A stretch of 64,000 bases of DNA. Source: Fibrobacterales bacterium (lineage in GTDB: Bacteria > Fibrobacterota > Fibrobacteria > Fibrobacterales > JAOPTW01). This document shows positions 51,882-61,856 of this stretch, one piece after another. The stretch spans positions 160,001 through 224,000 of the forward strand of contig JAOPTW010000006.1 of assembly GCA_051532035.1 (NCBI GenBank). Direction: 5' to 3'. Under the pieces are notes generated by a model. That model was given only the letters and a program-made list of their open reading frames with translations, was not told where the DNA came from and made no database searches. Both the position numbers and the translations under genes were made by a program. How positions within the stretch are numbered: the stretch's first letter is position 1; each line of letters begins with the position of its first letter.

Positions 51882-51955
51882 GCTCTCGTAGCTTAGCTGG
51901 ATAAAGCGTTGGCCTCCGAAGCCGAAGACCGGTGGTTCGAATCCACTCGGGAGTA
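51882..51955 (+). tRNA. tRNA-Arg(CCG); CCA not encoded
   Basis: Cloverleaf: GCTCTCG/CGGGAGT acceptor, GCTT/AAGC D-stem, TTGGC-CTCCGAA-GCCGA anticodon arm, GGTGG-TTCGAAT-CCACT T-arm. Confidence 0.96.
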
Positions 51956-51995
51956 TAATAGAAAAGGCGTCCCTAGGGGTGCCTTTTCTATTATA
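51954..51995 (+). terminator. Terminator hairpin after the tRNA
   Basis: TATAATAGAAAAGGC...GCCTTTTCTATTATA long inverted repeat. Confidence 0.75.
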
Positions 51996-52041
51996 CAAAT
52001 CAAACCTACCTGTTATCACACTACTATTTATCTGTACGCAC

Positions 52042-52070
52042 AAAAAAAGCCTAGGCTTCCACCCAGGCTT
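52042..52070 (-). terminator. Terminator after flgM
   Basis: Minus strand AAGCCTGGG..CCTAGGCTT followed by a T-run. Confidence 0.65.
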
Positions 52071-52097
52071 AAAAACGAATTTCTTCAAAAAGCTTAC

Positions 52098-52379
52098 TTA
52101 CGCAGCAAGCTCTTCCAAAAATTTATTCTGGGCATAATAGCCCGCTGCAATTTTCTCTTCTACCGACTGTATTTTTCCCTCACGAATATCAGGAAGCGAA
52201 TCTATTCTCTTTCTGATACTCTCGATCTCCTGATTGAGAATCGACATTTTACGTCCAGAGTCAGATATTTCTGCTGAGTCCTGCACATCCACCGGAGAGG
52301 CCTCACTGCTCTTTCTTGCACTCTCATCAAAATAAGAGGGCTTGTTTACAGAAGAAGCGCCTACATTTGATATATCCAT
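52098..52379 (-). CDS. flgM: Anti-sigma28 factor
   Basis: DSAEIS motif; PDIREGKIQSVEEKIAAGYY C-terminus; 93 aa. Confidence 0.85.
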   Translation of the reverse strand: MDISNVGASSVNKPSYFDESARKSSEASPVDVQDSAEISDSGRKMSILNQEIESIRKRIDSLPDIREGKIQSVEEKIAAGYYAQNKFLEELAA

Positions 52380-52414
52380 GGTAATGAATCCTTGTTTCTC
52401 ACTATTTACTTATA

Positions 52415-52442
52415 TTTTCGACAGAAATTTGGGCAAACTTGA
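52415..52442 (-). promoter_or_regulatory. Putative sigma28 promoter of flgM
   Basis: TCAAGTTT-N12-GTCGAAAA versus TAAAGTTT-N11-GCCGATAA; flgM is commonly FliA-transcribed. Confidence 0.5.
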
Positions 52443-52488
52443 TTGCTTAAATGAAAACCTTCCATGTTAACAACTATTTTACATTACT

Positions 52489-53292
52489 ATGAATAAATTC
52501 CTCGAAAAAGCCATCGACCTTGCGAATGAAGCAGGGGCTCTTGCCCTTGCAAAACAGCGACACCTCACCGAGATACACTACAAAGATCCTAAGGATATTG
52601 TCACTGACGCTGATATTGCGTGTGACCAACTTATTCGCCGGGGCCTTATTGAGGCGTTTCCTGAGCACAACATCCTTACAGAAGAGCATGCGCACATCGA
52701 CAACCAATCAGAGTACACTTGGGTTATTGACCCTATTGATGGCACTGTGAACTATTCACGAGGCATGCCACTCTGGGGCATATCTATTGGACTTCTTCAC
52801 AAAGGCGTCCCCGTCCTAGGAGTCGTAAACCACGCCGCCCTAGGAGACCTCTATACTGCAATTCAGGGAGAAGGTGCATTTTGTAACGGAAGGCCTATAG
52901 CGGTCAGTACCGTAACTGATACTCATCAATCTATTATCAATAACGGTGACTTTAATGTAGGATCTGGACATAACCCTGAAGCAATCCAAGAACACACTTT
53001 TAACAACTATCACAAACAGGCCCCTCATTTCCAACGCATGAAAACATTCGGGTCTGCAGTACTCGAAGCCGGCTGGGTGGCCTGCGGAAGGCTCGACGCC
53101 TACTGCATGACCATGTCATTTCCTTGGGATATTGTGGCAATAACCGTTATCGTACGGGAGGCCGGAGGAACAGTAACCAACATGGATGGCTCCCCACTCT
53201 CAATTATCGATGGCGCAAAAGTCATTTTTAGCAATGGTCACATTCATAATGAAACAGTACGCATCCTAAACGACCAACAGGCAACAAATTAA
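52489..53292 (+). CDS. suhB: Inositol monophosphatase family protein
   Basis: DIVTDAD, LTEE, WVIDPIDGTVNY, GSAVL, PWDIVA, EAGG. Confidence 0.88.
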   Translation: MNKFLEKAIDLANEAGALALAKQRHLTEIHYKDPKDIVTDADIACDQLIRRGLIEAFPEHNILTEEHAHIDNQSEYTWVIDPIDGTVNYSRGMPLWGISIGLLHKGVPVLGVVNHAALGDLYTAIQGEGAFCNGRPIAVSTVTDTHQSIINNGDFNVGSGHNPEAIQEHTFNNYHKQAPHFQRMKTFGSAVLEAGWVACGRLDAYCMTMSFPWDIVAITVIVREAGGTVTNMDGSPLSIIDGAKVIFSNGHIHNETVRILNDQQATN

Positions 53293-53365
53293 AGTAAGCA
53301 AAATATTCTCCCTAAACCCAGCAAATTACGGTATAATCTATATACATATTTGAACTGGGCCTATT

Positions 53366-55921
53366 ATGTTTTTCCGGAAATTCCTTCTCCCTGTGGTGAG
53401 CATCTTTATTATTTGTGCCACCATCCTTACCACCATCCCCCTCTTTTTACCAGAAACTGGCATCAACCTCCTTCTTATTCTTACCCAAAGTATCTTTATT
53501 TCACTCGGTGCCGTTATAACCTTAACCATCTTTGGTTTTATACGACAGAAGTATCCAAAAAACCAATCAACTCACCAAACACCCACCAAAGCATTTCGAA
53601 AGATCACCTCGATACAATATCAGTCAGCAACCATTTTTATTCTCCTCTCAATACTCCCTATGATTGTCATTGGCTTCTTTTTCAATGCGCATTTAGAGTC
53701 AACCTTTAAAGACGAAACCCTTCGCAATAAACAAGAGAGCCTTCAATGGTCTCAACTTGAACTCACCAACACCCTCTACACCCTTCAACGAACCCTTATT
53801 CAATCTGCACAATCTAATGAAGTAAAAAGACTTTTTACCAAAACTCTCACAGGAGGCAGGCCCCTCTCTAAGGCAGAGGTCGCAACCCAGCAGAGTCAAA
53901 TATACAACAGCACCTATATCGACCTCTTTACTATACCCATCATTCGCACTGATTTTCTCAAGGCAAATGGTTCACTCATTTTCAGCTTCGACCACTCCAA
54001 CTACACCTTTGTCCATCAATACTCCTTTAAACAGACAAACAAAACAATTACCCAGCGGAGCGGCACGAGAACGCCTGGCGAAATAATCCTTCACCAAGAG
54101 TACACCGGCAATAATCCTACACTGGCAGAGAACACCCTTTTATTACACATTGCAACGCCTGTAATCATCAATAAAAAGGTCACCGGCTACATTGTACAGC
54201 ACCTCTCTGTCTATGCACTCCTTTCATCAATTGCAACTATTGCTAACGAACCTTTCATCATACTTTCGGACCCCAACCGCAACTACTACTACTCTCAATT
54301 TAATTCCGTGGCCCCTCCCAAACTCTGGGAAACTTTTTTTGAGTGGCCACAGCAAATACTCCATAACCAATCCAGCTCACTCCAACCAACCGACAACTCC
54401 ACCTATATTTTTCACGCCACAACACACATCAATTTAAAGAACCAAAAACAGAAGTGGCTCATTAGCAGTACCATCAACGCCAATGCCCACATGAAAAAAG
54501 CATCACTCTTTAGTACCGTACTTATTTCGTTTATCATAGGAATGGGCTGTATCGTCTTTGGACTTTCAATTTTGGTAGCACACTACTGGAGCACCCCACT
54601 CCTGCAACTTTCAGGCATTGCAGAAAAACTCAAAAGAGGAGATTACACGGTACGCTCTACCATAAACCGCAGTGATGAAATCGGCCTTCTCTCAACGACG
54701 TTTAATAATATGGCAGAAAAAGTTGAGCACTATACAACCGATTTAGAAAGTCAGGTAGAAAAACGAACAGACCAATATAATCATGCCCGCCAAAAAGCAG
54801 AAGCCATCAGCGCATCAAAAAGCCGATTTCTCGCTCACATCTCACAAGAGATACGCACCCCAATGAACAGTATCGTTGGGTCATCATCACTCCTTAAAGA
54901 CACGCATCTTGATACAGAGCACCAAGGATATGTTTCCATAATAAATGATTCAACCCAAGTGCTCCTCAATGTTATCAACGACATCATCGATTTTTCGAGA
55001 ATCGAAAACAACACCTTAGAAATAGAGAACATTCCTTTTCAACTCAACACCCTACTCGAACTCGTTCATGCACACTTTAAACCTTTAGCAGACGAAAAGG
55101 GACTTACCTTTGACATGCATCTCCCAGATAACGCCCCTGCCACCCTCATTGGCGATGCAACCCGCATCAAACAAGTACTCTATAACCTCGTTTCAAATGC
55201 CATTAAATTTACTCACGCCGGTAATATCATCTTAGCCACAGAACACACATTTATTAATGAGCACTATATCATTACATTCACTGTTACCGACACTGGAATA
55301 GGCATCCCCGACAACAAACGAGATACGATATTTTTTAACTTTACTCAGGCAGAGCCCACAACAGATGAACAATATGGCGGCATTGGCCTCGGACTCTCAC
55401 TCTGTAAGCATCTTACAGAACTGATGGGAGGTACCCTTTCTGTAAAAAGCAAAGAGATGAGTGGATCTACTTTTACTATCTCCTTAACCCTTAAAGCTTC
55501 GGATACACAACTTTCCGAAATACCGTTATCAGCCACAAAGAAGAACCGTAGTTATCAAAAAACAGTACTTCTCGTTGAAGACAACAAAATTAACCAGATC
55601 GTAACACAAAAGAGCCTAGTACAAATGGGACTCACAGTCACTATTGCCGAAAATGGTCAACATGCACTTGATCTCTTACACTCACACAGCTATGACCTTA
55701 TTTTTATGGATATCCAAATGCCCATCATGGACGGACTTGCTGCAACACGAGCCATACGGACACAGCTCAATCTGACAACGCCTATTGTCGCCATGACCGC
55801 TCTGGCACTCAAGGAAAACCGCCTCAAATGCTTTGAAGCAGGAATGGATGGTTTTATATCAAAACCACTGACGCAAGAGGATATTATTATTGAACTCGAT
55901 CGCTGGTTTCACACACTATAG
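53366..55921 (+). CDS. Membrane hybrid sensor kinase (extracytoplasmic domain, HAMP, kinase, REC) with non-canonical H-box
   Basis: TM helices, HAMP (RSDEIGLLSTTFNNM), FLAHISQEIRTPMN, NAIKFT, DTGIG, GGIGLGL, REC IFMDIQMP. Confidence 0.9.
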   Translation: MFFRKFLLPVVSIFIICATILTTIPLFLPETGINLLLILTQSIFISLGAVITLTIFGFIRQKYPKNQSTHQTPTKAFRKITSIQYQSATIFILLSILPMIVIGFFFNAHLESTFKDETLRNKQESLQWSQLELTNTLYTLQRTLIQSAQSNEVKRLFTKTLTGGRPLSKAEVATQQSQIYNSTYIDLFTIPIIRTDFLKANGSLIFSFDHSNYTFVHQYSFKQTNKTITQRSGTRTPGEIILHQEYTGNNPTLAENTLLLHIATPVIINKKVTGYIVQHLSVYALLSSIATIANEPFIILSDPNRNYYYSQFNSVAPPKLWETFFEWPQQILHNQSSSLQPTDNSTYIFHATTHINLKNQKQKWLISSTINANAHMKKASLFSTVLISFIIGMGCIVFGLSILVAHYWSTPLLQLSGIAEKLKRGDYTVRSTINRSDEIGLLSTTFNNMAEKVEHYTTDLESQVEKRTDQYNHARQKAEAISASKSRFLAHISQEIRTPMNSIVGSSSLLKDTHLDTEHQGYVSIINDSTQVLLNVINDIIDFSRIENNTLEIENIPFQLNTLLELVHAHFKPLADEKGLTFDMHLPDNAPATLIGDATRIKQVLYNLVSNAIKFTHAGNIILATEHTFINEHYIITFTVTDTGIGIPDNKRDTIFFNFTQAEPTTDEQYGGIGLGLSLCKHLTELMGGTLSVKSKEMSGSTFTISLTLKASDTQLSEIPLSATKKNRSYQKTVLLVEDNKINQIVTQKSLVQMGLTVTIAENGQHALDLLHSHSYDLIFMDIQMPIMDGLAATRAIRTQLNLTTPIVAMTALALKENRLKCFEAGMDGFISKPLTQEDIIIELDRWFHTL

Positions 55922-55928
55922 GCTAACC

Positions 55929-57179
55929 CTATGACCCCAGCACCTCTTCACCCTCTGTTTTTGCAATGATCACTGCACCACAGGAATCGCTCCATACATT
56001 TACAGAGGTTCGGCACATATCCAGTATTCTATCGACAGCCAAAATCAAACCTATTCCTTCGGCAGGAAGCCCTATTGCCCCAAGAATAATTACAATAGCC
56101 ACAAGACTTGCAGAAGGAATACCTGCCACTCCTATTGAGGTGAGTAAGGCCACCAGTACGATAATAAACTGAGTTGCTATGTCGATTTCAAGTCCATAGG
56201 CCTGAGCAATAAACATGGCCGCCACACATTCATACAGCGCCGTTCCATCCATATTGACCGTAGCACCAAGAGGGAGCACAAAGCTCGTCACCTTTTTTGA
56301 CGCCCCCGAACTCTTGACACATTCCATCGTCTCGGGAAGAGTTGCGGAAGAAGAGCTTGTTGAAAACGCAGTAAGAAGCGCAGGGCTCATATTACGAAAA
56401 TGCATAAAAGGGCTTAAACCAAAGAATTTTAACATGAATGGCATACTCACAAACATGTGAATGAGTAACGCACCGAGTACCGTAAAAAAGAAGATTGCAA
56501 GAGGTTCAATAGCATCAAGCCCCGTTTTTGAAACAGTCTTTGCAATAAGCCCAAAGACTCCTAGAGGCGCAATTCGCATAACTAAATTGGTCATCTTTAT
56601 CATAACCTCATATACACCATTCCAAAAGGTAAGCTGCATATCGCTATACTCCTTTTTGATACGCATCATAAAAAAACCAAAAAAGAGACTAAACGTTATA
56701 AGGCCAAGCATCTGACCTTTTGCAGCGGCACTTACAATATTTGGCGGCACCATTCTCAGAAATATTGCCACAATGTCAGAGGCACCTTTGCCCTCAACAG
56801 CTTGCACCTTCGAGGCCGTCATCTCACTCAGCCCTAATATTTCTTTGGCAGGCGCACCATCAATAATACCCGGTTGCGTTATATTCACAATAATCAGGCC
56901 TGTTATTATGGCAATAAAGCTCGTAACTCCATAATACCCTAGGGTTTTTAAGCCTAACCGCGCAACACCCTTCTCAGTGCCAATATTTGATATCCCTGAG
57001 ATAATTGCAGAAACAATAAGAGGCACAATAAGCATCTTAAGGGCATTTATGAAAAATGCCCCTAGAAACTCATAGGTAGCCAATAAAAAACTGGACTCTA
57101 TCTCCTTGTAGAGAAACCCAAACGGGACCGCCAAAACAATTGCTATTAAGATCTGCCAATGTAATTTTAACTTTAACAT
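55929..57179 (-). CDS. Dicarboxylate/amino acid:cation symporter (DAACS, GltP/GltT-like)
   Basis: LKMLIVPL, AFSTSSSSATLP, PLGATVNMDGTALY, SIGVAGIP, DRILDMCRTSVNV. Confidence 0.95.
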   Translation of the reverse strand: MLKLKLHWQILIAIVLAVPFGFLYKEIESSFLLATYEFLGAFFINALKMLIVPLIVSAIISGISNIGTEKGVARLGLKTLGYYGVTSFIAIITGLIIVNITQPGIIDGAPAKEILGLSEMTASKVQAVEGKGASDIVAIFLRMVPPNIVSAAAKGQMLGLITFSLFFGFFMMRIKKEYSDMQLTFWNGVYEVMIKMTNLVMRIAPLGVFGLIAKTVSKTGLDAIEPLAIFFFTVLGALLIHMFVSMPFMLKFFGLSPFMHFRNMSPALLTAFSTSSSSATLPETMECVKSSGASKKVTSFVLPLGATVNMDGTALYECVAAMFIAQAYGLEIDIATQFIIVLVALLTSIGVAGIPSASLVAIVIILGAIGLPAEGIGLILAVDRILDMCRTSVNVWSDSCGAVIIAKTEGEEVLGS

Positions 57180-57328
57180 AGATTCCCGCTTCCTCTGATA
57201 TATGTTTGTTTTAAAAATTATAGCTTAATCCCCCCTATCACTTTGGAAAAAGATAGCTCTGCCCCTTAAGGATGGGCAGTTATTTGCTACATTGAAACCC
57301 ATACTACCCCATGCAGATCAGGTATATA

Positions 57329-59233
57329 ATGAAAATCTTCATACAAACCTCCCTAGTATGTATAGCGCTCTTATGCACAACTCACTGTAATTTTTTCGAA
57401 CCGTTAGTTGAAACAGAAGAGAGCAACTACGATAACTTACTCATAAAAGGTAACGAAGCGTTTAGTGCAGGAGAATACGAATCAGCCTCTCAGTATTATG
57501 TCGAAGCACAGAAGGCTGACCCTGCGAGATCCGAAGCATGGGTCTTTCATGCAAAAGCAGTCATGCGCCTCTATGGCCTTGAGTACAGTACTATCAATGA
57601 TGAAATTAAGAGAAAATCTGATGGAGAGGCGGGCCTCCCCTTTATAAATAAGTGCGATGCTTCAAATCTCGACTGTATTGATAGCATCTTTCACCCTATC
57701 GCCTTAACCGTTCGAAACCTAGAGTATGTTACCGGGGGTACGGATACAGCAAGTCGTGGCATGATCGGTGAAGAGGTAGTGGTATTGGACGTTGCCCTTC
57801 TCCAAGGGATGGCATCTATGCTTAACCCTCTTGATCTTGATAACAATTTGCATATCGACACCATCTGTGGTTACGATATCTGTGGCCCAGACGTATCTGG
57901 CTGTTCCAATAATCCTGCCGGCTTAGTCGACTATACTACCAAATGCCCCTATGGGGCCAAAAGTGAACTCAAGCGGTATCAATCGTTTAGAACCCTTACC
58001 GAAGCCCTAAATATAGATGACCTCAAATCAGATGCTATCGAAGCAAAAGACATATCACGAAACCCCAATGAGATAAACCAATTCATCAATGATATTGCAC
58101 TCCCAGCCCAGTCTTCTCGTGACAACCTCGAGAAAGTAAATACTGCTATTAATGAACATGCTGACGACAAATCACTTGGAGAACAACTCAGTGATGTTAC
58201 AGAAATTATTGATAATCTTGTTTCATTTGTTCAATATTACAAGAGCAACGACACACTCGACAATGACTTCGATTATATCTCAGAAAATTCTCCCGATAGC
58301 ATTATGATATGGCATGACTTTGACGGAGACAACGCTATTCGCTATGATTACACCGACTCTCTTACGGACATCTCAGGCATAACATCCTTTAAGTCTCCCA
58401 TGGGCTCAATTGGGCACCCAGTACACCGCTATGCACACCCAGACCTCTATTACACTATGGAAGAGTACACCGCCCAACTTTCAGCTCAAACCGATTCTAC
58501 AACGCGCTATAACCGAACAAACAACATGATCGATTATTGCAAGTCAATCACTCGCTCCCTATCCGGCATTACCAATGACCTCGAAGACAGTATAAAAGAT
58601 TCAACCTGTACCCTCATATCATCAACACTTAAAGAAGGAACCACGCCCCCAAGTCAAAGCGACTGGATTGCGGGCCCTTTTGGTATTGATGAAGAGATTC
58701 TCGACAATTATGACAACGACTTTGACGGTATAAAAAATGAAGATAGCCGGCTCGCTATTGGAATGGACGATGACACTGACGCTCTTTTCACCATTCATAC
58801 TCCTCACACCGTTATAGCTATGGAATGGAGTGATAACAATGGCAATAAGTGCATCGACATTGACACAACCATTACAGCCCCAAGTAGTAACCCCCGACAG
58901 TTCTGTATCGGGACTCTCGAGCACCGACTCTATCTTGCTGAAAATGCTTCTGATTCCCTCGACATCTACTACATACCATTTGATCTTAGTGAGCACCCCG
59001 ACTTTCAAACTGAATGTATAGCTGACGTACTCTTTTTTGAACTCTCACCACTCCATAGTGAAGAGACAATAGCATTAGCCTGCACCGTAGGGCATCACTG
59101 GGCACTCGGCCAACCAGAATCCTCCGAATGGACTGGTGGCACCTTTGGAATTGACGAAGAGAAAGTGGATGGCATCGATAATGATGGCGATGGATATATT
59201 GATGAAGATGTTGCTGCAAAGGAGGTTAACTAA
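57329..59233 (+). CDS. Acidic Cys-containing lipoprotein with N-terminal TPR and repeated GIDEE..DND.DG motifs
   Basis: Lipoprotein-like signal (..TTH-C), TPR-like KGNEAFSAGEYESASQYY..A..ADP, two SxWxxGxFGIDEExxDxxDNDxDG repeats. Confidence 0.75.
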   Translation: MKIFIQTSLVCIALLCTTHCNFFEPLVETEESNYDNLLIKGNEAFSAGEYESASQYYVEAQKADPARSEAWVFHAKAVMRLYGLEYSTINDEIKRKSDGEAGLPFINKCDASNLDCIDSIFHPIALTVRNLEYVTGGTDTASRGMIGEEVVVLDVALLQGMASMLNPLDLDNNLHIDTICGYDICGPDVSGCSNNPAGLVDYTTKCPYGAKSELKRYQSFRTLTEALNIDDLKSDAIEAKDISRNPNEINQFINDIALPAQSSRDNLEKVNTAINEHADDKSLGEQLSDVTEIIDNLVSFVQYYKSNDTLDNDFDYISENSPDSIMIWHDFDGDNAIRYDYTDSLTDISGITSFKSPMGSIGHPVHRYAHPDLYYTMEEYTAQLSAQTDSTTRYNRTNNMIDYCKSITRSLSGITNDLEDSIKDSTCTLISSTLKEGTTPPSQSDWIAGPFGIDEEILDNYDNDFDGIKNEDSRLAIGMDDDTDALFTIHTPHTVIAMEWSDNNGNKCIDIDTTITAPSSNPRQFCIGTLEHRLYLAENASDSLDIYYIPFDLSEHPDFQTECIADVLFFELSPLHSEETIALACTVGHHWALGQPESSEWTGGTFGIDEEKVDGIDNDGDGYIDEDVAAKEVN

Positions 59234-60309
59234 TGCGTATTATAGCGATGACACTCATACTGTGTGCACAACTAGCACTCGCATCTAACCCAATTGACTA
59301 CTATCGTGGTGAGAAATCTCAGGCAATGGGCCAGACAGGAGCAGCCTCTCTAGGAGGCCATCACTCCCTATCTCTTAACCCCGCGCTCCTTGCCAATTAC
59401 TCCAGTTGGAATGTAGACCTCTTCTCTACCATTGGCGTCAATGGCGTTTTGATCGATTACGCAGACTGGCTTGTTGACAACTCGAGCAACATATCCGACT
59501 TCGATACACTCATGACTAAACTCGACCCCATAGATAACAAGTGGGCCCCCTTTCTACTCCACGGTGGGCTCGGCATACAAATTAAACAGTTTGCTCTCAA
59601 CTTTACTTGGAATACCTATACACGGGTCGCCATGACCAAAGCCCCTATTACACCCGTCCTCGGAGTAGGTGCTCGCACAAACTTTAAACTCATTTCAGGG
59701 TATGGCTTGGAAATCCATCCAGGTATCTCTCTTGGGGTTGCACTCTACGGCAAATACTCCATCATCTACAAAGATCGCTATCTCGGCACTACCAGTAAAG
59801 ACTTCTGGACCGTGTACAACACCATGAACAACGATGATAAGAGCACCTGGTCAAAAATTACTGTCGCAGAAGAAATTGCCGATACCAAGGTGAATTTTGG
59901 CGGGAATATTGGGGTTACAAAAGAGATGGGTGCATATGTGACAACCGCTTTTTCATTAATCGATATTGGAGAAGACCTATCTCCGAATCTCGCCATTAAT
60001 ACTCATTATCAATTCGGTAAAAAGGAAAAGTTCCACACACGATTTGACGGTAATATTGATTGGCAACAAATGTTTGTCAGTGACCACATCTATCAGCAAT
60101 TCAAACTCGGTACTTCAGCATCATTTAATAATGGTAATAGAAAGGTGGGATATATCGCTGCGGGTTTAAATGACGGCTACCCAACATTTGGCGTACAAGC
60201 AGGCTATGGCTTTTATATCACTTACACCTACTTCACTCAAGAATCAGGAACATACCCAGGTCAACGTCCACTCACTTTTCACAAACTGACCTTGGAAATA
60301 GGGATTTAA
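59233..60309 (+). CDS. Putative outer-membrane beta-barrel (TraF/FadL-like N-terminus)
   Basis: Signal peptide; AMGQTGAA..LSLNPALLA; GLNDGYPTFG; YTYF..E.G.YPGQ; start overlaps the upstream stop (TAATG). Confidence 0.65.
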   Translation: MRIIAMTLILCAQLALASNPIDYYRGEKSQAMGQTGAASLGGHHSLSLNPALLANYSSWNVDLFSTIGVNGVLIDYADWLVDNSSNISDFDTLMTKLDPIDNKWAPFLLHGGLGIQIKQFALNFTWNTYTRVAMTKAPITPVLGVGARTNFKLISGYGLEIHPGISLGVALYGKYSIIYKDRYLGTTSKDFWTVYNTMNNDDKSTWSKITVAEEIADTKVNFGGNIGVTKEMGAYVTTAFSLIDIGEDLSPNLAINTHYQFGKKEKFHTRFDGNIDWQQMFVSDHIYQQFKLGTSASFNNGNRKVGYIAAGLNDGYPTFGVQAGYGFYITYTYFTQESGTYPGQRPLTFHKLTLEIGI

Positions 60310-60356
60310 TCTGATTGTTCTTAAGGAGTCACACATTAAGCCCCTTAAGCGCACCG

Positions 60357-60842
60357 CTATAACTCTAACGGAACCTGCGGCATTGTTCTTAAACAGAGGC
60401 CTGCCACTTCTTCCCAGTCGAGATCCTTGGGTTGATTTCCGTTCTTAAGCATTCTCAGCTTTGGTAAAAAACCATTATGACGAAGTGATTCCAGCACCAC
60501 CTGTTTCTCTTTTATGGGTAGATAGCTAAAGTTATCGATGATATCGGGGTGCACTTTTTTCAAAAATTTAAATTGATACGGTACAGGAAAATGATATTTC
60601 CAACAGTCGGTAAGCCCCTGTAAATAGGTGTGCCAGTTGATTCCCCCGCGAACAAAAAAGAGTCGCGGATCAATAGAAATTGCATCTGTCGCATCAATCA
60701 GCGCAATATCACTCAGATAGAGATACTTAATGACCCCTTGTCGCTGAATAACTGAACCATCTTCTTCTAACACATCGAGAGTCACCGTCGGTCCATTATA
60801 GTAAATGGGAGTGCGCTTGCTTTTATTGTTAGAATGATTCAT
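60357..60842 (-). CDS. Hypothetical protein (161 aa)
   Basis: Uninterrupted ORF filling an intergenic gap; no motif recognised. Confidence 0.65.
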   Translation of the reverse strand: MNHSNNKSKRTPIYYNGPTVTLDVLEEDGSVIQRQGVIKYLYLSDIALIDATDAISIDPRLFFVRGGINWHTYLQGLTDCWKYHFPVPYQFKFLKKVHPDIIDNFSYLPIKEKQVVLESLRHNGFLPKLRMLKNGNQPKDLDWEEVAGLCLRTMPQVPLEL

Positions 60843-60864
60843 ATCTACTTGATTTAAAGGAGTG

Positions 60865-61011
60865 CTACGCCGCCTGTGTCGTAATGCGGTTCTTTACAAT
60901 TCTTTCATACTCATAAGAGGTTATTGAGACGGCTTTACATACCGCACTCTTTTTTATGCCAGCTCGAATGAGCGCAGCAGCCAATCCCTCATTATCTCTC
61001 ACTTTATACAT
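60865..61011 (-). CDS. 48-aa small protein absent from the ORF track, possible helix-turn-helix
   Basis: Hand translation MYKVRDNEGLAAALIRAGIKKSAVCKAVSITSYEYERIVKNRITTQAA; GAGGTG RBS. Confidence 0.6.
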   Translation of the reverse strand: MYKVRDNEGLAAALIRAGIKKSAVCKAVSITSYEYERIVKNRITTQAA

Positions 61012-61082
61012 GTGCACCTCACTATTTATTCTATCATAGAATATAGATTAGTGCACAAGTGTTCACCATTGATTTTTAGTGC

Positions 61083-61733
61083 TTAGTTCATTTTTTCACA
61101 AAAATCTTTACACGCCTGAACCACATCATCCTGTCCAAACACCGCAGATCCTGCAACAAAAATATTCGCACCAGCCTCTTGTACTTCTTTAATGTTTTCA
61201 AGTTTGATTCCACCATCAACTTCGATATCCAGATCAGGTTTCAAGGCACGAATCGCTTTTACCTTTTCTAGTGTGTAAGGGATAAGTTTTTGACCACCAA
61301 AACCAGGGTTAACCGACATGATCAATACCATGTCAACGATGTCCAAAACAGGTTCAATTGCAGAGATAGGGGTACCAGGATTGATAGAAACACCGGCCTT
61401 GGCGCCAAGCTCTTTAATAAGATTTATGGTTCTATCTGCATGGTTAGTACTTTCAATTTGAAAGGTAACAATATCAGCTCCAGCCTTTATAAACTCAGGG
61501 ATATAGCGACTTGGCTCATCAATCATTAAGTGACAATCAAAGGGTAAATCAGTTACTTTTCTTAAGCCCTTAATAACAACGGGACCAAAAGAGATATTCG
61601 GTACAAAATGTCCATCCATAATATCGAGATGAATAAAACCAGCACCCCCAAGTTCTGCTTCCTTGATATCTTTTGCAAGGTTAGAAAAGTCGGCACTTAA
61701 AATACTGGGTGATAATACAGGAGTTAGTGGCAT
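61083..61733 (-). CDS. rpe: Ribulose-phosphate 3-epimerase
   Basis: SPSILSADF, HLDIMDGHFVPNISFG, DCHLMI, MSVNPGFGGQ, EVDGG, VAGSAVF. Confidence 0.97.
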   Translation of the reverse strand: MPLTPVLSPSILSADFSNLAKDIKEAELGGAGFIHLDIMDGHFVPNISFGPVVIKGLRKVTDLPFDCHLMIDEPSRYIPEFIKAGADIVTFQIESTNHADRTINLIKELGAKAGVSINPGTPISAIEPVLDIVDMVLIMSVNPGFGGQKLIPYTLEKVKAIRALKPDLDIEVDGGIKLENIKEVQEAGANIFVAGSAVFGQDDVVQACKDFCEKMN

Positions 61734-61856
61734 GTTGTACACTTTGGGTTATAAATTTATGTGACACAAAAATAAAAAATTCACACTTTTTTTGCCCACC
61801 GCAATCGCCATCTATAGTATGTTTTAATTAATAGTACTTATTTTTAGGAAATAACA

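Noticed and set aside
51882..52100. tRNA-Arg as an integration site for a genomic island
   Set aside because: No integrase nearby and no duplicate of the tRNA 3' end was noticed in the window
51876..52277. ORFs 51876-52088(-) and 51909-52277(+)
   Set aside because: They overlap the tRNA, terminators and flgM, with no protein-like features
59233..60309. Conjugative element implied by the TraF-like protein
   Set aside because: No relaxase, coupling protein, VirB4 or integrase; the flanks are housekeeping genes
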